Part shown: piece after piece, positions 27,350 to 34,314 of the stretch
How positions within the stretch are numbered: position 1 is the first letter of the stretch
Layout: each line of letters starts with the position of its first letter
Sequence record: NC_070963.1
Strand: one strand, 5' to 3'
Length of the DNA: 64,000 nucleotides
Made by a program: the position numbers and the translations under genes
The notes under the pieces: model-generated
Told to the model about the DNA's origin: nothing
Database searches by the model: none
Seen by the model: the letters and a program-made list of their open reading frames with translations, nothing else

Positions 27350-28084
27350 ATGCTGAACTTCGCTAAGGGTAACGCCAAACTCGGCAAGCAAACCCTAATC
27401 TTTAATCTACCTGCTGGCAAAACTTGCCCCGGTGCATTATTCTGCAAGTCTTTTGCAGTCGTTGATGACAATGGCAAGCGCCACATTCAGGATGGCGAAC
27501 ACACAATCTTTCGGTGCTTTGCTGCATCTGCAGAGGCACAATACGATGCACCTTACTATTCACGCAAAGACAATCTGCAGCAGATTGTTGATGCTTTGCA
27601 GAATGGAACTGCTGCCAATTTGATTCACAATTCTATTCAAGAACACCGCACACGCAATAGCAAACTGGTGCGGATTCATGAGTCTGGCGACTTCTTCTCT
27701 GGTGCATATTTGGATGCCTGGATTGAAGTTGCAATCCGCAATCCTGACCTTAAGTTCTACTGCTACTCTAAGAGTTTGCAATTGTTTCTGAACTTTAAGT
27801 TGCCTGCTAACTTCTACATGACTGCATCTTATGGTGGCAAGTGGGATCATCTTATTGATGAGGGATTCTTTACTCGCTACGCTAAGGTCTTTATGACTGA
27901 AGATGAGGCAAACGCTGCAGGGTTGGAAGTAGATCACGATGATTCACACTGTTTCGGTGATAAACCGTTTGCGCTGTTAGTGCATGGAACACAACCTAAG
28001 GGTAGTGTATGGGGCAAAGCGATTCGCGCCCGTCGTTCTAATCATCAGTTCTCAGGTTACAGTAAGAAACCCGCTGCAGTGTAA
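27350..28084 (+). CDS. Gp88-family protein (radical-SAM-like fold)
   Basis: TCPGA..C...CFA, RIHESGDFFS..Y...W..VA...P...FY.YSKS motifs. Confidence 0.7.
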   Translation: MLNFAKGNAKLGKQTLIFNLPAGKTCPGALFCKSFAVVDDNGKRHIQDGEHTIFRCFAASAEAQYDAPYYSRKDNLQQIVDALQNGTAANLIHNSIQEHRTRNSKLVRIHESGDFFSGAYLDAWIEVAIRNPDLKFYCYSKSLQLFLNFKLPANFYMTASYGGKWDHLIDEGFFTRYAKVFMTEDEANAAGLEVDHDDSHCFGDKPFALLVHGTQPKGSVWGKAIRARRSNHQFSGYSKKPAAV

Positions 28085-28093
28085 GGTACATTT

Positions 28094-28121
28094 AAGGGGG
28101 GGCAATCGCTCCCCTTTTTTT
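28094..28121 (+). terminator. intrinsic terminator
   Basis: AAGGGGGGGC-AATC-GCTCCCCTT plus T tract. Confidence 0.75.
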
Positions 28122-28146
28122 ATATTTTGTGAGGCATTATTTTATG

Positions 28147-28207
28147 GCAGGTTCGGTGGCGACCTTTGATCAGGCAGCGACCCTGCTGCCGTTGGTGCCG
28201 ATTGTCC
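28147..28207 (-). ncRNA. candidate small ncRNA, copy 2
   Basis: Aligns with 26595-26657; perfect GGCAGC/GCTGCC stem; leftward TAGGAT upstream. Confidence 0.45.
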
Positions 28208-28333
28208 CCTTATCCTACAGGATCCCAGCGCCCATAAAACCGCCACAATGGACAGTTCGCAAGGTGGCACAAGACCCTGTAGACGGAACCCATTGGCACC
28301 CTGTATGATTCTCTCAGTTCACACCACTGAACC

Positions 28334-28636
28334 ATGTTTTCCGCCACACTGACCAATCCCCAATCCTTCGGCGCAACCTACCAATGGGCGATCCTATCGG
28401 TTCTGCCAATGGATTCTGATAAAAAGCGCCACGGCATGAACTCTCCGGAGATCAAAAAGGCGTTGGGTTTGAGTAACGCTGCCCGCACAAGTCTGTGCCT
28501 GATGCTAAAGGAAATGGCACAAAAAGGTCTTGTGCAACGTTATGATCTGAAGATTGGCAATCGTCGCATTGTTTCATACAAGCGTCTGATTCCTCTCCGG
28601 AAGCGTGAAAGAATCGCCCGCTTCATTGGCATCTGA
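28334..28636 (+). CDS. winged-helix DNA-binding protein
   Basis: NSPEIKKALGLS...SLCLMLKEMAQKGLVQR fits a MarR/HTH wing pattern. Confidence 0.55.
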   Translation: MFSATLTNPQSFGATYQWAILSVLPMDSDKKRHGMNSPEIKKALGLSNAARTSLCLMLKEMAQKGLVQRYDLKIGNRRIVSYKRLIPLRKRERIARFIGI

Positions 28637-28811
28637 TACACTACAGGGGGAGAAAACCTCCCCCATTAAACTACACCAAACCACCATGACATTATCACCA
28701 GCATCTAATCTTCAAACCCGCCAGATCGTATGGGTCCGCAACGGTGTTAAGATACATTCAGCACCATCCTACATCTGGTCTGCTCTAGGTCGTAACAACA
28801 AACTTTGAATC

Positions 28812-28940
28812 ATGGAAACTATTCTGACCCCCGATGAGATTCTCCAGTTAGTTACCACTGGAATGGTCGAATTGTCTGAAGATCTTATCATCAGAATGAT
28901 AGAAGATCTCGACGAGAATACACATACAATTCTCGTCTAG
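28812..28940 (+). CDS. small hypothetical protein
   Basis: Hand-translated 42 aa METILTPDEILQL... Confidence 0.45.
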   Translation: METILTPDEILQLVTTGMVELSEDLIIRMIEDLDENTHTILV

Positions 28941-29005
28941 ATTCACATAATCATCTCATACATTCTCGACGAGATGCACACAATCATCATACAATTCTCG
29001 TCGAG
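28908..29005. repeat. CTCGWCGAG cluster C
   Basis: CTCGACGAG at 28908 and 28965, CTCGTCTAG at 28932, CTCGTCGAG at 28997. Confidence 0.85.
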
Positions 29006-29020
29006 AATATACACATTTCA

Positions 29021-29458
29021 TCACACAATACAATAACCTTTTGTTTTTCCAATAGTATATAAAGGTCCTGTGTTTATGTTATTTTCTCTACAAAACTTTC
29101 TAAGATTGTAAACTTCTATAATATCACCTATAGGAGTTTTTATTTTATAACATTTTGCATGAGAATGTTCTGCATTATGTTGATTAGTAACCCATTCTAA
29201 ATTATCAACATGATTATTAGACTTATCTTCATCAATATGATTAACTTGTGGCAAATTGTTTGGGTTGGGAATATAAGTTTCTGCTACTAATCTGTGCATA
29301 TATTTTCTACACTTAGTCTTGGAATCATACAGATCAATATAATAATAACCCCGATAGTTTTTCTGTGGTGTGATTAACTTAAGCGGGTTTCGTTTGTTAC
29401 TATAAATGCGCCCATCTTCTGTCAGAAAATAACCTTTATAAATTGGATGTTCGCGCAT
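29021..29458 (-). mobile_element. HNH homing endonuclease (NUMOD4/HNH_3-type)
   Basis: HRLVAETYIPNP.NLPQVNHIDEDKSNNHVDNLEWVT; ATG at 29458 (MREHP) preferred. Confidence 0.88.
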
Positions 29459-29620
29459 ATCTTTATAGGTATTGTTTGTAATTATAACATAATTATAATT
29501 AACATTCAAACCACAATGGCAGCGGATACCATGTCTGCCGCCGATCCGTCAAGGTCTGACCCATTAGCGTTGCTGATCAAACGGATCTGGTTTTTTGTAT
29601 CCTGCGATACCATTTGATGG

Positions 29621-29674
29621 TTGACCTATCAGGGTCTGGCGCTTAAGTTGGTATCGAACCTTGATAACTGAATA
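29621..29674 (+). promoter_or_regulatory. sigma70-type promoter followed by an rrn boxA-like element
   Basis: TTGACC-N17-TAAGTT, then GAACCTTGATAACTGAATA at 29656-29674. Confidence 0.5.
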
Positions 29675-29806
29675 GATGATCGGATCGCCGCCCTAGGGGC
29701 GGGGTGTGTCGCGTGTCGGGCGGGATCCCACGGGCACCGATTCTCTATTCTTTATAGTTTCAGGTTTGCTTTTAGGTTACACTTTTTCCCTTTCTTTCTT
29801 TACACA

Positions 29807-30097
29807 ATGGATCTGCAATCTAACGCTTCCAAAGTTGTTGAAATGGACGCCAAAATTAAAAAGTTGACCGCACAGTTTAACTCTCTTAAAGATGAGTTAA
29901 TTAGTCAAATGATCGCTGAGAATGTATCAACTATCGACATTAAGCGCCGAAAAGTTTGCCTCTGCCAGAGGCAAACTAAGGACTTTGGCGACACAATTGC
30001 CCGCCTAGAGTTAGAACTTAAAGCGGAAAAGAAAAAGTTAGAAACTCTCGGAGAGTTCACTATCTCCAGTGTTTCAAACTTCATTCAAGTCCGCTGA
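29807..30097 (+). CDS. hypothetical coiled-coil protein
   Basis: ORF track. Confidence 0.6.
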   Translation: MDLQSNASKVVEMDAKIKKLTAQFNSLKDELISQMIAENVSTIDIKRRKVCLCQRQTKDFGDTIARLELELKAEKKKLETLGEFTISSVSNFIQVR

Positions 30098-30155
30098 CAT
30101 TTAGGGGAGGTTATTCCTCCCCTTTCTTTACACTCTCACCATACACTTTTCTACC

Positions 30156-30341
30156 ATGCAAGTCTACACTTTCGAGGCAACTTACATTGCCGATGGTATT
30201 GAAACCGATTCAATTGCGATCAGCGCTGCTAATTTAACGGATGCAATGATCGCCGCAGCGCGTGAAATTAACGGCGTCAATTCCTTCGCTGATTGTCTGC
30301 TTGGTCTAGAGTTGTTGTTTGTAACTCCTGATCAGGACTAA
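30156..30341 (+). CDS. hypothetical protein
   Basis: ORF track; flanked by hairpin modules. Confidence 0.55.
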   Translation: MQVYTFEATYIADGIETDSIAISAANLTDAMIAAAREINGVNSFADCLLGLELLFVTPDQD

Positions 30342-30401
30342 GTTACACTTAAGGGGAGACAATTCTCTCCCCTTTCCCTACATTCAACCGCACTTAAAAT
30401 C

Positions 30402-30608
30402 ATGCTCACAGAATATGCTACCGCTGCAGACTTCCAACGTTGGAGAGAACAGGCAGAGAAAATGACCCTTGCTGAACTATATTATGCTGCTGCAGATTGC
30501 AGGCAGGCAGAGTATGCAATGAGAGGGTGGAATCCTATTAAAGAGGGTTACTATTCTGATCAGGCATGCACGTTTGGTGATGAAATTAGAAGGCGCAAGA
30601 TGCGATAG
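30402..30608 (+). CDS. hypothetical protein
   Basis: ORF track; flanked by hairpin modules. Confidence 0.6.
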   Translation: MLTEYATAADFQRWREQAEKMTLAELYYAAADCRQAEYAMRGWNPIKEGYYSDQACTFGDEIRRRKMR

Positions 30609-30665
30609 GTTAGTTACACTTAGGGGTGACATCTCACCCCTATTCTTTCCACCTTTCACCACACT

Positions 30666-31076
30666 TTGATCATGACCGCTACACTTTCCCGCTACAAACT
30701 TGACTGGCAGAATGGCACACAGTGGGCAAACTTTCCCGAACTGGGTGACATTTACACTGACGATGTTACCTTCTACACTGTAGATAATTATCGTTATGAT
30801 GTGTCGTTTCATGTAGGTTCTGGGCGCAGAATTGGCATCTTGTTTGTCACTGTAGATCAGCAAGATCCGCAAGGTTATGATCAGTCAATGACCTATTGTT
30901 TGGGTCAATTCTATACAAATGAGGGTGCAATGTTGTTCTCTCAGTTTGCACTTAACCACTTCATTGAGACTGAGAAGTGGTTAGTCTGCCCGTCATTTGA
31001 GGCAGTAGAGTACATCGACGGCGAACCACATACGCTCGCTGGTGATGAGATTGTGAGCGAACTTTACCACTGGTAA
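30666..31076 (+). CDS. hypothetical protein
   Basis: ORF track; start probably ATG at 30672. Confidence 0.6.
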   Translation: MIMTATLSRYKLDWQNGTQWANFPELGDIYTDDVTFYTVDNYRYDVSFHVGSGRRIGILFVTVDQQDPQGYDQSMTYCLGQFYTNEGAMLFSQFALNHFIETEKWLVCPSFEAVEYIDGEPHTLAGDEIVSELYHW

Positions 31077-31310
31077 GTTAATCGTTCGTGGGCGGCAGTT
31101 AGTTACACTCTGCCGCCTCACATGCGACTGATTAGGATACCTTATTCGTTCGTGTTTGACAGTTAATTACGTCTTATGGGCGGATCGGGGGTATGCGATA
31201 TAAAAACGCATAACTACCCTAAACTATAAAGTGTTACCCAAGCGACTTAAATATAACACTCAAATAAAAAAATTCCGCCCTATATAAAAACGAAAAAAAG
31301 TTTTACAGAA

Positions 31311-31487
31311 ATGAAAAAAAATTCCGGAAATATTTTTGAACCCATAGAGGTTGATCCAATCAGTGGGGATTACTTTATTAAAATCCCAGAGCAAATTATG
31401 AATGAACTCTCATGGTATGAAGATACTGAGATTTGCTTTACTCTTGATGGGGATGAAGTCATTCTTTCTGAACGTGAGAGTGATTGA
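31311..31487 (+). CDS. AbrB/MazE-like small protein
   Basis: Hand-translated 58 aa ...YFIKIPEQIMNELSWYEDTEICFTLDGDEVILSE. Confidence 0.6.
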   Translation: MKKNSGNIFEPIEVDPISGDYFIKIPEQIMNELSWYEDTEICFTLDGDEVILSERESD

Positions 31488-31512
31488 CAAAGAATACATA
31501 ATAGAGTATGAT
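31484..31512 (+). promoter_or_regulatory. sigma70-type promoter
   Basis: TTGACA-N17-TATGAT. Confidence 0.75.
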
Positions 31513-31534
31513 CTGAAAGTAAATTATTTCAATT

Positions 31535-32296
31535 ATGGCAAAAGGATTTACAGTAAAAGCAAAATCGCCCGTTACACAAAAACCAGTTACAGAAGAATGG
31601 GATTATAATCTTGCAAGAGAAATGGTCAAAGGAAAGTCCATTGTCTTTTGTCTTCCTGGTCGTGGGGTTTCATATACCTATCTAAAAAACTTTGTACAAC
31701 TCTGTTTTGATCTTGTACAAAGTGGTGCAAGCATTCAAATCTCTCAAGACTATTCTTCAATGGTTAACTTTGCCCGTTGTAAGTGTCTTGGAGCAAATGT
31801 CCTGAGAGGTCCAGATCAGATTCCTTGGGATGGAAAACTCAAATATGATTGGCAACTCTGGATTGACTCTGACATTGTTTTCAATACTGAAAAGTTTTGG
31901 CAGTTAGTCCTTATGGACAAAGACATCGCTTCTGGTTGGTATGCAACAGAAGACGGTCATACTACATCAGTTGCTCATTGGATGGAAGAAGATGACTTCC
32001 GTAACAATGGTGGTGTGATGAATCATGAGACCGTAGATAGCATCTCAAAGCGTCGTAAACCATTTACTGTAGACTATGCAGGTTTTGGTTGGTTGCTAAT
32101 CAAACATGGTGTCTTTGAGCATTCTGAAATGAAGTATCCATGGTTTGCTCCTAAGATGCAAGTCTTTGAGTCTGGAGAGGTTCAGGACATGTGTGGAGAA
32201 GATGTATCATTCTGTTTGGATGCAAAGGAAGCAGGATTTGAGATTTGGTGCGATCCTCGCATTCGCGTTGGTCACGAAAAAACAAGAATTATTTGA
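31535..32296 (+). CDS. conserved cyanophage GT-A glycosyltransferase-like protein
   Basis: WIDSDIVF DxD motif, GFGWLLIK..VFE, GEDVSFC..A...GF.IW.D....VGH. Confidence 0.7.
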   Translation: MAKGFTVKAKSPVTQKPVTEEWDYNLAREMVKGKSIVFCLPGRGVSYTYLKNFVQLCFDLVQSGASIQISQDYSSMVNFARCKCLGANVLRGPDQIPWDGKLKYDWQLWIDSDIVFNTEKFWQLVLMDKDIASGWYATEDGHTTSVAHWMEEDDFRNNGGVMNHETVDSISKRRKPFTVDYAGFGWLLIKHGVFEHSEMKYPWFAPKMQVFESGEVQDMCGEDVSFCLDAKEAGFEIWCDPRIRVGHEKTRII

Positions 32297-32297
32297 G

Positions 32298-32459
32298 ATG
32301 AAAACAGACACTTACAATATTCTTTGTAAAGGAAGAAAAATTTATTCAAATCTTTCTGAAGAAGAATATTTCAACATTATGGAGGATCTGTCGATTGAAT
32401 TTTATCAGACAGGTTCTCCACGACCTGAAGATCTTGAAACAGAAATTATTGGAGAGTAA
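32298..32459 (+). CDS. small hypothetical protein
   Basis: ATG at 32298 within ORF track 32145..32459. Confidence 0.6.
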   Translation: MKTDTYNILCKGRKIYSNLSEEEYFNIMEDLSIEFYQTGSPRPEDLETEIIGE

Positions 32460-32464
32460 TTCTT

Positions 32465-32608
32465 ATGGCAATTAAAAAATCTTTGAGTGGTAGTAAGATC
32501 ATTGAATCCAAACCGAAAAATACCAGGCAAGGTAATGGGGCTCATACCAAATACGCTGCGTCTTCTCGTAATTCAGCTCGTAAAAAGTATAGGGGTCAGG
32601 GAAAATAA
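32465..32608 (+). CDS. small basic protein
   Basis: Hand-translated 47 aa MAIKKSLSG...KKYRGQGK; GGAG SD. Confidence 0.6.
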   Translation: MAIKKSLSGSKIIESKPKNTRQGNGAHTKYAASSRNSARKKYRGQGK

Positions 32609-32609
32609 T

Positions 32610-33207
32610 ATGTATTTCTTAGAATGTGATGATGAATGGAATCATATACATTCTGAGGATCTATGGGTTTACAATAAATTGTTTCTAAGTCGGCGTTTAG
32701 GTTATACATGTGGTCCTTCTGGGACTACAGTACCTAAACCCGACTTTTATATTGTTCGACCATCCTTTAACTTATTTGGAGAGCCGTTTTGCACGTAAAG
32801 AATGGATAGAAAAAACAACAGATGACTTTCATCCCTCCGAATTTTGGTGTGAAATCTTTGAAGGTGAGCATTTAAGTGTTGATTATTATCATCAAGAACA
32901 AAAATTAACAATATTGGGCACTCGGAATTCTGATGATCCAATTTATAAATGGCAAAAATGGGAAAAAATAGATCAAAAAGTTGATTTTCCTGATATTTTG
33001 AAGAATTTAGTCGGAAATTATGAGTGGATTAACTGTGAATACATTGGTGGAAATCTTATTGAGGTACAATTTCGCAGAAATCCTAATTTTAGATATAATA
33101 ATTCTGTTGCAATTCCTGTTTGGGACAAAAAAATAGAAAAAAATTATGAAGGATATCGATTTATTGAATGTAAAAGTTATGATAGAGTCGGTTTTTGGGT
33201 CAAATAA
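32610..33207 (+). pseudogene. frameshifted hypothetical gene (ATP-grasp-like)
   Basis: N-part MYFLECDDEW...IVRPSFNLFG stops at 32798; C-part SRFARKEW...EHLSVDY continues in another frame from about 32781 without a convincing start. Confidence 0.55.
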
Positions 33208-33246
33208 ATAGATTTTTTGCACCAAACTGAATTGGACAGATTTTCG

Positions 33247-33573
33247 ATGGGTAAACACCTTCTTTTAGAGGTGTATAATGTCAATTTTGCACTTCTTAAT
33301 GATGCATCATCTCTTCAAGAAGTAATGATTAAGGGAATAAAACGTGCAAAAATGACAATTTTGAACACATTTGCTCACTGTTTTTTGCCACAGGGATGCA
33401 CAATTGTCATTGCGCTTGCAGAAAGTCATGTTTCTTGCCATACTTGGCCAGAAGAAGGTTGTATTGCCATTGATGTTTATACCTGTGGCGAAGGAAATCC
33501 AAAATTAATTGCTTTAGAGATACTTAAATACCTAGATTCCGATAAATATTCATTACGAGAGGTAGATCGTTAG
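33247..33573 (+). CDS. speD: S-adenosylmethionine decarboxylase proenzyme
   Basis: MGKHLLLE, F.PQG.T...LAESH.S.HTWPE.G..AIDVYTCG; ES autocleavage site. Confidence 0.93.
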   Translation: MGKHLLLEVYNVNFALLNDASSLQEVMIKGIKRAKMTILNTFAHCFLPQGCTIVIALAESHVSCHTWPEEGCIAIDVYTCGEGNPKLIALEILKYLDSDKYSLREVDR

Positions 33574-33638
33574 ATAGTAAGTAAGGAGATAGCAACCTCC
33601 TTCATAAAAGTTCTGTTTTAACAAAAACAGGAGCAAAA

Positions 33639-33881
33639 ATGTCAAACTTACCGGTAGATCGTAATTCCGATTATATGAGAGAAATGTGGGGAACCAATCG
33701 TCTAATTACCGATTACAATAGTATACCCGCCAAAAGAGTCATTCAAGAAGTCATGCATGATCTTGCACCAAAGCATGATTTAAAAAAACAACATGAATTG
33801 CATGAAAAAATTCGAAATGATGAAGATTATGATGATTGGGAATATGGAACAGAACCTACATATGGATCTTCTTGGAAATAA
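33639..33881 (+). CDS. hypothetical protein
   Basis: ORF track; AGGAG SD. Confidence 0.65.
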   Translation: MSNLPVDRNSDYMREMWGTNRLITDYNSIPAKRVIQEVMHDLAPKHDLKKQHELHEKIRNDEDYDDWEYGTEPTYGSSWK

Positions 33882-33911
33882 GCATAAATAATCCAAGAAA
33901 TTTTATATCCA

Positions 33912-34313
33912 ATGGCAGTAACTCGAATATCTAGATCATTTAAGGATATTAGTCTGTCTTTTGATCCACATCCAGTGACAAAAGATCTGCCAGTTTTGAT
34001 CAATCAGCGTGCAATTATTCGTTCTGTTCGCAATCTTGTAGAGACAATCCCAAATGAAAGATTTTTTAATCCAAGTTTGGGATCAAATGTAAGAAGCAGT
34101 TTGTTTGATTTTGTTGATTATGCAACTGCTTCTACTATTCAAGATCAAATCGTTGAAGTTATCAATAATTATGAACCAAGAGTTACAAATGTAGTTGTTC
34201 AGGTTGATCCAATTCCAGATCTAAATGAATTTGAAGTTACAATTACATTTGAAATCATTGGTCAAGAAGTTCCAGTACAGCAATTTTCATTTATATTAGA
34301 GGCAACAAGATAA
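33912..34313 (+). CDS. gp25: baseplate wedge subunit gp25
   Basis: FKDISLSF..HP, SVRNLV.T...ERFF...GS....LF, EPR; CATAAATA upstream. Confidence 0.9.
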   Translation: MAVTRISRSFKDISLSFDPHPVTKDLPVLINQRAIIRSVRNLVETIPNERFFNPSLGSNVRSSLFDFVDYATASTIQDQIVEVINNYEPRVTNVVVQVDPIPDLNEFEVTITFEIIGQEVPVQQFSFILEATR

Positions 34314-34314
34314 A

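Noticed and set aside
23571-29005. CTCGACGAG clusters as CRISPR mini-arrays
   Set aside because: Repeats are only 9-17 nt, spacing is irregular (21-62 nt), some lie in coding frame, and there are no cas genes.
29770-31110. GTTACACT as an RpaB HLR1 site
   Set aside because: HLR1 requires a spaced direct repeat; only single half-site-like copies are present.
29770-31120. Intergenic modules as integron attC sites
   Set aside because: GTTACAC does not fit GTTRRRY, no paired R''/R' boxes were seen, and there is no integrase in the window.
22200-31300. tRNA genes in the GC-rich non-coding stretches
   Set aside because: No cloverleaf with a T-loop (GTTCRA) and acceptor stem was found by eye; tRNAscan-SE/ARAGORN would settle it.
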